The notes below the pieces were generated by a model. The model had not been told where the DNA came from and ran no database searches. It saw only the letters and a list, made by a program, of their open reading frames with translations. A stretch of 64,000 bases of DNA, from positions 256,001 through 320,000 of the forward strand of contig CAWEJX010000001.1 of assembly GCA_963809485.1 (NCBI GenBank), in the 5' to 3' direction. Position 1 is the stretch's first letter, and each line of letters starts with the position of its first letter. Source of the stretch: an uncultured Acidobacteriota bacterium. Lineage in GTDB: Bacteria; Acidobacteriota; UBA6911. Shown in pieces: positions 1-9,349 of the stretch. The position numbers were made by a program, and so were the translations under genes.

Positions 1-1
1 G

Positions 2-526
2 AATTGCCCTCAGAATTCTCCCGCCGTCGAGCGGAAAGCCGGGAATCATGTTAAAGAAGGCCAGAACAACGTTGGCGAATGCCAGCCAGCCCGCAATGGC
101 AGAAACCGGCGTCGGCGAACCTCCAATCAGCGCGAAGGAATAGACGGTAAGGAAAAACATGCCCAGCGCCATGCTTGCCGCCGGCCCGGAGAGAGCTATC
201 AGGAATTCGTGCCGGCCGGTCTTCGGCTCCGAAGCAACCTGCGCAAGACCGCCGAAAATCAGCAGCCGGATGCTGTGGACCTTGATTCCGTACTTAAGGG
301 CGACAAAAGAATGCGCAAGCTCGTGGATCAAAACCGACAGGAAAAACAGCAAGGCCGAGACGGCTCCCATGATCCAATATTGCGCGACCGAGTAGTGCTG
401 ATGAGACTGCGGGAAATAAAGCTCAGCCATGGTATACATCACGAGGAAGAAAATGATAAACCACGAGTAGTCGATCATGATTTCTATCCCGCCGATACGC
501 AAAAGGCTGAAACCTCGGAGTTTCAT
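2..526 (-). CDS. Site-2 protease (peptidase M50 family), partial; 3' end runs off the window
   Basis: Not in the ORF track. Manual translation from ATG at 526 gives [29 protein letters not shown]...[11 protein letters not shown]...GPAAS...[18 protein letters not shown], with the HExxH and NxxPxxxLDGG M50 motifs. Confidence 0.9.
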   Translation of the reverse strand, partial: MKLRGFSLLRIGGIEIMIDYSWFIIFFLVMYTMAELYFPQSHQHYSVAQYWIMGAVSALLFFLSVLIHELAHSFVALKYGIKVHSIRLLIFGGLAQVASEPKTGRHEFLIALSGPAASMALGMFFLTVYSFALIGGSPTPVSAIAGWLAFANVVLAFFNMIPGFPLDGGRILRAI

Positions 527-626
527 ATCTTAAGATATATCACGAAGTACATGGCGAGACCAGACGAGCACGCAACCGGCCGGGGATTCCGTATGGGACG
601 CCATACGCTCTAAGAATGCCGACCTG

Positions 627-1199
627 CTATTGCTTTGCAGAGATGGAGGAATCGGAGAAAACTTCAGCCTCGAATGCGTATATGACCGTATCGGGATCGA
701 GGTAGGCGGTTTCCGGGAGCCCCGCCTTACGGCAGGTATGCTGAAGGAATGCGGTTCGATCCCACTGGTATTCAACAGCCACCTGCGGCAGGAGCAATCC
801 ATGGAAGTGCCCCTGGACGATATAAAGCCCGTGCTTCCCAACCTCGATTTCCTCCGGATCCCGTACGCGGCGGAATGGGCTCAGCACGGAAATTTCAATG
901 CTGAGGTCTGCAATTTCGTCCTCGTGCACCGGGACGAAGCGCGTATCTTCCGTGGCGGCGCTCAACACACAATGCTGAACCACCCGGTAGAGTTCCCGGT
1001 CGGGGTAGAGTTGTCCAATGCAGCCGCGAAGCTCGTCTCCGTTATGCAAAGACACAAAAGCGCCCTTCCGCTCAATCAGGCCTGCACAGGAGGTGTGATA
1101 GGGAGGAGCTTTACCGTCTTCGAGGTAAGTCTTGAGCGTGGTTCGCGCAAGATTTAAGAGTTTTTGCTTTTCAGAATCATCCAACATAATCCTGCTCAC
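627..1199 (-). CDS. amrA: AmmeMemoRadiSam system protein A (AMMECR1 domain)
   Basis: Motifs GAFVSLH-x4-LRGCIG, DTRF, IEISVLS, GKHGL, GLLLPQVAVE and KAGLP. True start may be 1187. Confidence 0.9.
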   Translation of the reverse strand: MSRIMLDDSEKQKLLNLARTTLKTYLEDGKAPPYHTSCAGLIERKGAFVSLHNGDELRGCIGQLYPDRELYRVVQHCVLSAATEDTRFVPVHEDEIADLSIEISVLSPFRRVRDPEEIEVGKHGLYIVQGHFHGLLLPQVAVEYQWDRTAFLQHTCRKAGLPETAYLDPDTVIYAFEAEVFSDSSISAKQ

Positions 1200-1211
1200 G
1201 TCAGTCCGTCT

Positions 1212-1898
1212 TTATGAATCCGCCCGGGGCGGAGGTTCGCCGCCCGATTCCTGCTTCTGCATCTGTTCAAGCTTGCGCAGGCGTCCAAGTTCCCGGCGCT
1301 CTGCCGCCCAACGCCGCCTCCGTTTAAGCACTTTCAGGCGCCGCCGCTCGCGGTATTTGATGCTGTTATCGAGTTTCGACCAGAACTCCCGGAAATACTG
1401 GATCATGGATACGAGTGCAAAAAAGACCACCGCCCAAAGCAGCAGTTTGGCCGTGCTCTGCACCCAGCCGCCGTATTTGTGCCCCAATATCAGTCCTACG
1501 ACTGCGGCGACTTGCGTAATCATTTTGCCTTTGCCAAGAGTAGAAACGTCAATGGAAAACCCTTCGTGAGCCGCTATGCTGCGGAGTCCGCTGACCGCAA
1601 ATTCCCGTCCTATGATGATCACCACCATCCAGGCGGGCGCAATTTTTAGCTGGACCAGGGAAATCAACGCGGAGCATATCAGCAGCTTATCGGCAATGGG
1701 ATCCAGGAGCCGACCCAGCGTGGTTACCTGCTTGCGCCTCCGGGCAAGGTATCCATCGAGCAGATCCGTCAATGCGGCCGCCAGGAAAAGGCTGGCGCCC
1801 AACAGTGCATAATCCCTGATCTTTACCGTCAGCAGCACCGCGACCACTATAGGCACGAAAAAAATACGGGCAAGTGTAAGCGCATTCGGTAAATTCAT
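1212..1898 (-). CDS. pgsA: CDP-diacylglycerol--glycerol-3-phosphate 3-phosphatidyltransferase
   Basis: MNLPNALTLARI start and CDP-alcohol phosphotransferase motif TDLLDGYLARRRKQVTTLGRLLDPIADK. Confidence 0.92.
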   Translation of the reverse strand: MNLPNALTLARIFFVPIVVAVLLTVKIRDYALLGASLFLAAALTDLLDGYLARRRKQVTTLGRLLDPIADKLLICSALISLVQLKIAPAWMVVIIIGREFAVSGLRSIAAHEGFSIDVSTLGKGKMITQVAAVVGLILGHKYGGWVQSTAKLLLWAVVFFALVSMIQYFREFWSKLDNSIKYRERRRLKVLKRRRRWAAERRELGRLRKLEQMQKQESGGEPPPRADS

Positions 1899-2087
1899 AG
1901 GCGCAGCCAAATCAGCATACAATTTTTCAAGACATCATGACGATGTCATTTTATTACAATAAGGTATCGGGGTGTTACCAGAGACTTTAACGATGCGGGG
2001 GGAACCCGGGCCAAAAGAGACAGCCATGGTCGAATCAACCCTTGCATTCTGTGCTATGATTTGTGCCTGAACGGAGGCTTATAAATC

Positions 2088-3128
2088 GTGGTCAAGGCAC
2101 TCATACTGGCAGGAGGCAAAGGGGCGCGATTAAGGCCGCTGGCACTCCACATACCAAAGCCCATCGTCCCGCTGGCAAACATCCCGTTCCTCTTTTTTCA
2201 GATCGATCACATCAAGCGGGCGAATATTACCGAGATTATTCTCAGCCTTTCCTACCAGCCCCGCAAAATCACCGATATCTTCGGCGACGGCATGAAATAT
2301 GGCGTTACGATCCGGTACACCCATGAAGATTTGCCGCGTGGAACCGCCGGGGCTTTTAAGGCAGCGGAAAACCTCATCGATGATACAAGCATCGTGCTCA
2401 ACGGCGATGTCCTTACCGATACCGACCTGCTGAGCGTCCTTGAATATCACAGATCCAAACAGGCGGAAGCCACCATCGTGATGGCACGAGTCATGAATCC
2501 GGTCGGTTACGGCCTGGTCGAGACCAATTCAGAGGGCCGGGTTGTCCGTTTCACCGAAAAGCCGCCTGAAGATGAAGTTACCGGGGATACCATTAATGCC
2601 GGCATCTACATCCTGGAGCGGTCCATCCTGGATCGCATACCTGCTGAAGGCACCCAGAGTTTCGAACGCGAACTCTTCCCGGCTATGGTCCAGGAAGGAG
2701 CTCGGGTTTATGCTTTTCTCACGCACGGATATTGGCAGGACGTCGGCAATCCCCAGAAGTATCTTGAAGCAAGCTACGGCATCATTTCCGGAAGGACAAA
2801 GCTGCCCACCTATCCGCAGAAAGCCTGCCCTCCCAACAATTGGGACAAAAACGAGGTCTCCATCGATTCGTTTTCAATCCTGGATGGAAAGTGCGTAATA
2901 AAAACGGGAGTGGTAATTGAAAATTCGGTGCTCGGAGAGGGGTGCCGAATTGAGGAAGGCGCTTTCATTAAGGATTCGGTCCTGTGGAGCGGCACACGGG
3001 TTCTTCCCAATGCGCGCATTGAACGGGCTATTATCGGAAGGCTATGTCACATCGGGGAAGGTGCGCGCCTGCGTCCCGGAACCGTGCTGGGAGACAAATC
3101 CATCGTTTCCGATTTCAGCGTCATTTAG
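2088..3128 (+). CDS. NDP-sugar synthase (mannose-1-phosphate guanylyltransferase-like) with C-terminal hexapeptide beta-helix
   Basis: KALILAGGKGARLRPL...PKP, VLNGDV, EKP, INAGIY and YWQDVG motifs; LbH repeats at the C-terminus. Confidence 0.88.
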   Translation: MVKALILAGGKGARLRPLALHIPKPIVPLANIPFLFFQIDHIKRANITEIILSLSYQPRKITDIFGDGMKYGVTIRYTHEDLPRGTAGAFKAAENLIDDTSIVLNGDVLTDTDLLSVLEYHRSKQAEATIVMARVMNPVGYGLVETNSEGRVVRFTEKPPEDEVTGDTINAGIYILERSILDRIPAEGTQSFERELFPAMVQEGARVYAFLTHGYWQDVGNPQKYLEASYGIISGRTKLPTYPQKACPPNNWDKNEVSIDSFSILDGKCVIKTGVVIENSVLGEGCRIEEGAFIKDSVLWSGTRVLPNARIERAIIGRLCHIGEGARLRPGTVLGDKSIVSDFSVI

Positions 3129-3162
3129 AGGAGTTCCGGCCGCGGATGGACCATGAAAGCTT

Positions 3163-3975
3163 TTACCGCTTGACGATGTAATCTCCGGGGTGAATCTCCC
3201 TTAGACTGTTGACGATCTTGCCGGCTGAAATCTGATTCCCTGCATGCAAAACCACAAAATCCCCCAAAACCTTGGGCGGAAGGCTGCGGTCGCTCAGCAT
3301 TTCACTCAACCTGGAACGGAAAGTAAAGCTGTTCCTTAGCGGCGAATACACAGACCGCGATTTTCCCCCGTCGACTTCGGTTTCCTTTGAGTCAAATTCC
3401 GGGTGTGGACGGAAGATCGTGAATCGGTCACCCGGCTTAATGCCGTCGCGCCCGCCGAGGCCGATGAAAGCGAAATTCCCGGCTGTCATTTCCCGTATAT
3501 CGTCCTTACCGAAAAGGATTGAGCCGAAAATGCCCTGTTCCGGAATCGGGGTCAGAGCGTTCGAAAGCTCCCCGCCATATTCGACCACAGGCTTGGGTGC
3601 ATTGGCCATCACAACATCGCCCTTAAGCATCTCCTGGCAGGACATGATCACGCGCGCTGTCGCTGTCCCCCCGCCGACTGTCTCGATTCGAACCGTTCCG
3701 ATATCCTTATGGTAGACCCCCGGCGCACGATCGCGGATGCTGCCTTCGGGACGGATAACCCTTTGAATTTCACCTGCTTTTAGCTCGGAGACTTTGGGCC
3801 CGTTGAGCAAAAGGATCTGCCCTTCGACGGCATAGGCGGTGCTCCCTTCGTCCTGCATGCCGGCAATATAAACATCCATGGGAACGGGGAAATCCTGGAC
3901 GAAGCCAAGGCAGGCCATTTCACCCGGAGTAGCTACCTGTACTGCAAGAAACAGAAGTAGAGTATACATGCCCAT
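3163..3975 (-). CDS. Exported hypothetical protein, beta-rich (FlgT C-terminal-like)
   Basis: Signal-peptide-like N-terminus; IGLGGRDGIKPGDRFTIFR and EIHPGD segments resemble FlgT_C-like domains. Confidence 0.55.
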   Translation of the reverse strand: MGMYTLLLFLAVQVATPGEMACLGFVQDFPVPMDVYIAGMQDEGSTAYAVEGQILLLNGPKVSELKAGEIQRVIRPEGSIRDRAPGVYHKDIGTVRIETVGGGTATARVIMSCQEMLKGDVVMANAPKPVVEYGGELSNALTPIPEQGIFGSILFGKDDIREMTAGNFAFIGLGGRDGIKPGDRFTIFRPHPEFDSKETEVDGGKSRSVYSPLRNSFTFRSRLSEMLSDRSLPPKVLGDFVVLHAGNQISAGKIVNSLREIHPGDYIVKR

Positions 3976-4078
3976 CAGATCGGCGGCGCGAGGCGCGGAA
4001 TTTAGAACAAAAACAGCCTATTGATCGACGGAATCCCATCTTCATGGGGCAGGTGCGTTTGTCGATATTGCCGGGAGC

Positions 4079-5908
4079 TCAGTCGTTCTCGGGCTTGCTC
4101 CTGTAGCGCTCGATGATGCTTGCGGCGGCTTTGGGGCCGACATAGAGTGCCAGTTCGTCGTAGGCTGCCTGTTTGACCCGCTCCAGGCTGCCGAAGGCAC
4201 GCAATAACACCTTCTTGCGCACTTCGCCTATTCCGGGAATGTCCATCAATTCCGAATCGAAATCGCGCAATTCCCTCCGCTTGCGGTGATAGGTCACGGC
4301 AAAGCGATGCGCTTCATCCCGCATCTTCTGGATCAGGTGCAGAACCGGCGAGTCTTTCGGCAGCTCGACAGGCTGGCTTTCCCTTCCCTTCAGATAGAGG
4401 ATTTCTTCATTCTTGGCGATGGCGGCAACCGCCTGGTTTTCCAGCCCCAGATCGTCCAATGCGGAAATCGCGGCTGAGAGCTGTCCTTTGCCTCCATCTA
4501 TAAGAACGAGATCCGGCAAATTGCCCTCGTCCTGCTCCAGCATGTTTTCATAATGGCGGTGGACGACCTCACGCATGGAGGCAAAGTCGTCCGGGCCCTT
4601 GACGCTTTCTATTTTGAACTTTCGGTATCCGCCCGGTTTCATCTGGCCGTTCACGCACAGGACCATGCTCGCGACAGTATCGGTCCCCTGGACGTGAGAG
4701 ATGTCGAATGTCTCAATCCGGCGCGGCAAGGAATCCAGGCCGAGGGCAAGCTGCAGGGGTTTCAGAAGCTCCTCTCCTTTGGGTTTCACGATCCGGAAAC
4801 GGGTCTCAAACGACATCCGGGCGTTGCGCATGACCAGATCGAGCATCTCGGATTTGATCCCTTGCCTGGGCGACCGGATATACACCCGGCTTCCTTTGCG
4901 CTCTGAAAGCCAGGTCTCGAGCACCTCCGCATCCTCCACGTCGGCCGGTATATAGATCTCCTTGGGAGTGAAGGTGTTCTGCAGATAATATTGGTTCAGT
5001 GCCTGGGAAAAAAATTCTCCGGGATCGATTGAAACCAGGTCCTCCCAGAAAAACTCGCGGCGCCCGACCACCCGTCCGCCGCGCATGGCAAAAACCTCCA
5101 ATGCGAGCTGCGAGCCCTCCTGGTGATAGCCGAACAGATCGCAATCGTCCTGGCCCTCAAGGACCATTTTCTGCCGCTCCGACATTTCCCGCACCATCGA
5201 TATCCAGTCACGATAAAGCGCGGCAGCCTCATATCTTGTATCTTCAGCGGCTTCGTTCATCCGGCGTTCAAGCTGCCGTATCAGTTCATCCGTCCTGCCC
5301 GAAAGCAGCATTTTCACTCCCTCGACGGCACGATCATATTCCTCTTTGTTGCACAAGCCTGCGACACACGGGCCCAGGCAGCGCTTCATCTGGTAATCGA
5401 GGCACGGACGGGCGAGTGAACCGTCAATGGGCAGGTTGCAGGTACGCAGCTTGAAATATTTGTTGATCACCTTGAGAGTCTGACGGGCATAGCTTGCGGG
5501 AAGGAACGGCCCGAAATACAGTGCTCCATCTCTCCGGATGCGGCGTGTGATGAAGATTCTGGGATACGCCTCGTTGATCGTCAGCTTCAGGTAGGGAAAA
5601 CTTTTATCGTCCTTCAGGTTTACGTTGTATCGAGGCTGATTCTTTTTGACCAGGGTTGATTCGAGGATCAGGGCTTCCACTTCACTGTCGGTTACTATGA
5701 ACTCCAGGTCGGCGACCTCCAAAACCAGGTGCTGCGTTTTGAGGTCCGGCTGCCGGCTCTCCTGAAAATAGGAACGGACGCGGTGGCGCAGAGAACGCGC
5801 CTTCCCGACATAGATGATTTTGCCTCCGGCGTCCTTATAGATATAAACGCCGGGCTCAACCGGCAGATTGTCGATCTTCTGCTGCAGCACAAAATAAGGG
5901 TACCACAA
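4079..5908 (-). CDS. uvrC: Excinuclease ABC subunit C
   Basis: GIY-YIG domain (PGVYIYKD..IIYVGKARSLRHRVRSYF), RIETFDISH, IDGGKGQ, RDEAHRFA and C-terminal HhH. True start is likely a few codons downstream. Confidence 0.97.
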   Translation of the reverse strand: MWYPYFVLQQKIDNLPVEPGVYIYKDAGGKIIYVGKARSLRHRVRSYFQESRQPDLKTQHLVLEVADLEFIVTDSEVEALILESTLVKKNQPRYNVNLKDDKSFPYLKLTINEAYPRIFITRRIRRDGALYFGPFLPASYARQTLKVINKYFKLRTCNLPIDGSLARPCLDYQMKRCLGPCVAGLCNKEEYDRAVEGVKMLLSGRTDELIRQLERRMNEAAEDTRYEAAALYRDWISMVREMSERQKMVLEGQDDCDLFGYHQEGSQLALEVFAMRGGRVVGRREFFWEDLVSIDPGEFFSQALNQYYLQNTFTPKEIYIPADVEDAEVLETWLSERKGSRVYIRSPRQGIKSEMLDLVMRNARMSFETRFRIVKPKGEELLKPLQLALGLDSLPRRIETFDISHVQGTDTVASMVLCVNGQMKPGGYRKFKIESVKGPDDFASMREVVHRHYENMLEQDEGNLPDLVLIDGGKGQLSAAISALDDLGLENQAVAAIAKNEEILYLKGRESQPVELPKDSPVLHLIQKMRDEAHRFAVTYHRKRRELRDFDSELMDIPGIGEVRKKVLLRAFGSLERVKQAAYDELALYVGPKAAASIIERYRSKPEND

Positions 5909-5912
5909 ACCA

Positions 5913-5945
5913 AATGACGAATGACGAATGACGAATTACGAATGA
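5913..5945. repeat. Heptamer tandem array (AATGACG/AATTACG)n; inverted partner GTAATTCGTAATT at 6102-6114
   Basis: Direct reading: aatgacg aatgacg aatgacg aattacg aatga. Confidence 0.85.
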
Positions 5946-6109
5946 AAGCACACCGAAAAGGCTAAGGCTACCGTACCATTCATTTGATTATTGGCCGTCA
6001 AATCGCGTTGTTTGCATGGCGACAGGAAAGTGGCTGTGCTGCCTTGCTGTCATTCAATTTCCCGATTTGGATGGCCGATGAAGCCCTCCATCAGGTCTGC
6101 TGTAATTCG

Positions 6110-6508
6110 TAATTACATTGGTAAACCCCCGGCTCTGCAGGGGGACTCAAAGAGTTTGACAGCTCCGTATTTTGAAACGCTGAGAAACGCTGATAAAGCG
6201 CTGACAACCGATTTGTTCGGCGAGGGTCGGCGAGCAAAAGCCGATGAGGCGCTTCCGATGGAGTTTTCTGCGGCGGCACTGTGGTAAACGCCCGGTTTCT
6301 CATACCCTTCATCTCCTTGCCGCGCGGCGCTTGCCACAGTGCCGCCGCAGAAAACTGTCCAGCGCGGAGCGCTGGCCCCTGCGGGGATCGGAAGCGCCTC
6401 ATCGGCTTTTGCCCGCGTAAGTCAGCGTTCAAGACCGGCGTAACTCCTCCAACCGCTTTGAGCGGTTCAAATCTTTCAAGCTTCCGGCTTTGCCGGAGGT
6501 ACCTGACT
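6110..6508 (+). mobile_element. Non-autonomous IS200/IS605-type element (PATE/MITE-like), copy 1
   Basis: Near-identical to 56564-56966 and 60364-60767 in the opposite orientation. Terminal hairpins CCCCCGGCTCTGCAGGGGG and TCCGGCTTTGCCGGA, plus AACCGCTTTGAGCGGTT. No TIR, TSD or transposase. Confidence 0.82.
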
Positions 6509-6954
6509 CACATCAGGCGGGCTTTCACCATCTCGCTGATTTTGCCGCCGTCAACGGGTCGGCCGGCAAAACGGGCCATGCAGGCTTTCATGACCTTGCC
6601 CATGTCTTTTATGGAAACCGCCCCGGTCTCGAGGATTACTTCCTGAACGGCTTTTTCCATTTCTTCTTCGGTGACTGCCGCCGGGAGGTATTCTTCAATC
6701 ACGGCAATTTCGGCCGTTTCCTTTCCGGCCAGGTCAAGCCGACCCCCTTTGGTAAACTGCTCAATGGAATCCCGGCGCTGTTTGATGAGGCTGATGAGAA
6801 CCTGCACGACCTCGCCGTCCTCCAGTTCTTTGATCAGGTCGATTTCCTTGTTCTTCACCGCAGCCTTCATCATGCGCAGCACGCTCAGGCGTTCCGCTTC
6901 CTTAGCCTTCATCGCAGCCGTCAAATCCGCATTGATCTTGTCGCGTAATCGCAT
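6508..6954 (-). CDS. GatB/YqeY domain protein
   Basis: DLTAAMKAKE..RLSVLRMMKAA, KQRRDSIEQF..GGR, E.YLP and KDMGKVM. Start at 6954 follows an AGGGG RBS. Confidence 0.93.
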   Translation of the reverse strand: MRLRDKINADLTAAMKAKEAERLSVLRMMKAAVKNKEIDLIKELEDGEVVQVLISLIKQRRDSIEQFTKGGRLDLAGKETAEIAVIEEYLPAAVTEEEMEKAVQEVILETGAVSIKDMGKVMKACMARFAGRPVDGGKISEMVKARLM

Positions 6955-6992
6955 AACCCCTCTTTCCTGAATTAAGAAACGGGCCTTTCGGA

Positions 6993-7805
6993 TCAAATCT
7001 GGTTTTTGTTTTCCGATACGGCCTTCAAGACGTTCAGCATTTGCCCGTGAATGCGCCCGTTCGAGGCAACGAACTCACGGCCGTAAATTGAAGCGGGCCG
7101 GCCGCGAAAATCGGTTACAACTCCGCCGGCCTCGCGGACGATGATGTATCCGGCCGCACAGTCCCATGGATTTAGCTTGAGCTCCCAGAAGCCATCCAGG
7201 CATCCCGAGGCGACGTGGCAAAAGTCGAGCGCCGCCGAACCGCCGCGGCGCACGCCCTGAACACGCGCGGCAAATGCGCAGAAATTATCGAGATTGTTCT
7301 GTTTGCTGGTCTGGATATCATAAGGGAATCCGGTTGCCAGAAGGCTGGCAACGAGGGACTCGGCCCTCGAAACATGGATCGGAACCCCATTGCAGGATGC
7401 ACCGGAGCCCCGGCGCGCTGTATACACCTCATCGCGGACCGGATCGACCACGGCTCCCCACATTAGCTCGCCGGCAATCTCCAGCCCGATGGAAACGGAA
7501 AAAACAGGATACCCGTGGGCATAATTAGTTGTGCCGTCAAGCGGATCAATGATCCAGCGTATTTCCCCCTCCTCAGGGTCTTTGTGATTTTCCTCAGCGA
7601 GAATCGAGTGATCCGGGAAAGAGTGCCTGATCCGGGAGACGATCAGATTTTCAGCGGCGATATCAACATCCGTGACAAGGTTGACTATACCCTTGTTCCG
7701 GATGGAAAAGCCTGTTTGAAATTTCTCAAGCAGCAATCGTCCCGCGTCGCGCGCCGCCTCTGCGCCCAACTCCGCAAAATTATCCAAATCCGCCATTTCA
7801 ATCAT
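6993..7805 (-). CDS. suhB: Inositol monophosphatase family protein
   Basis: WIIDPLDGTTNYAHG, GSAALD and WDCAAG motifs. Confidence 0.92.
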   Translation of the reverse strand: MIEMADLDNFAELGAEAARDAGRLLLEKFQTGFSIRNKGIVNLVTDVDIAAENLIVSRIRHSFPDHSILAEENHKDPEEGEIRWIIDPLDGTTNYAHGYPVFSVSIGLEIAGELMWGAVVDPVRDEVYTARRGSGASCNGVPIHVSRAESLVASLLATGFPYDIQTSKQNNLDNFCAFAARVQGVRRGGSAALDFCHVASGCLDGFWELKLNPWDCAAGYIIVREAGGVVTDFRGRPASIYGREFVASNGRIHGQMLNVLKAVSENKNQI

Positions 7806-7839
7806 CCGTTCAGGGTCCCAATTTCCAATCTCGCATTAA

Positions 7840-8499
7840 CTATTCACCCGTCAGCCGCACGACCTCAATCCCCTTAGGCATTTTGAACTGGAATTTCCCG
7901 TCCTCTATCTTTACGTTGGTTGTCATGTCTGTGAGAAGAAACTCCGAGGTATTGCCGGTCTTTTCTCTTATCACGATGCGCCGGATATCGCGGGTCTCGC
8001 GGTCCAGTTCAAGCACCAGGAAGGAATAGGCCGATCCGCTGCTGCGCGGCTCCAGGCGAATCAGGAAAGCTTTTTCTGTTTTGGGCAGGATGTCCGCTTC
8101 CCAGGAGGCCGTGAAGCTTTTTTGGATGTTGCCGGCTCCCAGCAGCAACTCCAATGGTGTGCCATGCAGGTCGGACGGATTGAAATCCTGAACCGTGACT
8201 TGACGGTCGAACGGCACGTAAAGAAAGGACTCCTTTTGATTGGCGATGAAAAGTTTTTCTTCGGGATGGCGATACTCCCAGCGCATCAGCCCGGGCCTCT
8301 TCAACCAGAAGACGCCCGATTCGGACTGGTCAATGCCCGGGGCCCGATAGGTCTGCTGGAAGCTCCCTGTCACGGTCTTGACAGAGGCATATCGCTGCTC
8401 GAGCCGAGCCATAACGGCCGATACATCCTGGGCATAGGCCCCCGGAATGCCCGGCAGGCATAGAAAGGTCGCGAGAATCCACCCGGCTACCAAACGCAT
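7840..8499 (-). CDS. lolA: Outer-membrane lipoprotein chaperone LolA
   Basis: Signal peptide; FQQ..ESGVFWLKRPGLMRWEY..PEEKLF; C-terminal FQFKMPKGIEV. Confidence 0.9.
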   Translation of the reverse strand: MRLVAGWILATFLCLPGIPGAYAQDVSAVMARLEQRYASVKTVTGSFQQTYRAPGIDQSESGVFWLKRPGLMRWEYRHPEEKLFIANQKESFLYVPFDRQVTVQDFNPSDLHGTPLELLLGAGNIQKSFTASWEADILPKTEKAFLIRLEPRSSGSAYSFLVLELDRETRDIRRIVIREKTGNTSEFLLTDMTTNVKIEDGKFQFKMPKGIEVVRLTGE

Positions 8500-8587
8500 T
8501 GGAATTGACCGCCTTTGGCGCCTGGAGACAGGCGGACGGCCTTCCGGCCGGCTCTCTCAACAGCGCTCCGAATATGTTTACTGTTCA

Positions 8588-9100
8588 TCATGGCTGCTCG
8601 TCCGCAGGAGACTGTCCCGCAGCTTCTTCGACAGCCGGATTCTTCACCGTATCCAGCAGCAGGAGTGCGACCCCGACGGTGATGGCGGAATCCGCGACAT
8701 TGAAATTAGGCCAATAAAAAGCTTCGTGGATATGAAACTCTATAAAATCGACAACATATCCGCGAAGGAAACGGTCAGCGAAATTTCCCAGAATCCCGCC
8801 CAGGGTTATTGCCAGGGCGCCATGAAGCAGCTTGCGGCTCGGAGGCGTTCGGGAACTGTAAATCAGCAGGATCACGACCGCGGCGATCGCCAGGGCTGCC
8901 AAAATATACGGCTTCCATTCAGATTCGACCTTGTCGAAAAATCCGAATGCGACACCGGTATTCTGCGCATAGGAGAGCCTCAGATATCCCGGAATGATCT
9001 CGATCGGGCCGGAGGCATGCAGTTCTTCAAATGCAAGCCATTTGGTGGCGTGATCGAGCAAAAATATCAGCAGGGTTATAAAAAAGTACCTGTTTTTCAT
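8588..9100 (-). CDS. lspA: Lipoprotein signal peptidase II
   Basis: DHATKW, NTGVAFG, GGILGNFADR, VVDFI and WPNFNVADSAI motifs. Confidence 0.96.
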   Translation of the reverse strand: MKNRYFFITLLIFLLDHATKWLAFEELHASGPIEIIPGYLRLSYAQNTGVAFGFFDKVESEWKPYILAALAIAAVVILLIYSSRTPPSRKLLHGALAITLGGILGNFADRFLRGYVVDFIEFHIHEAFYWPNFNVADSAITVGVALLLLDTVKNPAVEEAAGQSPADEQP

Positions 9101-9349
9101 GGGCAATTGACGGCAGATTTTCCACTCAGACAATTACTGCAGCCGCAATCCTGTTCAAAGAGCCGCTTAGGACATTCTGGGCCTCAACTGTCACAGCCGA
9201 ATTATCCCCCGGAAAACAGATAACTATATCACAATGTGTTATTCCGAATGCCGGATTCGGGCCTCAGGGATCAGGCTGACAATAATGGGTGATCGGGATC
9301 GCCGTATCCTGTATTATCCTGTATCCGTAATCTACCATCCAAGGAGGGC

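Noticed and set aside
6091-6646. Similar short ORFs in the 400-bp repeat (FSAAALWQ, TVPPQKT peptides), also at 56477-57225 and 60127-60814
   Set aside because: They arise on both strands from the palindromic repeat, and their starts and stops differ between copies. There is no transposase similarity, so they are treated as non-coding.
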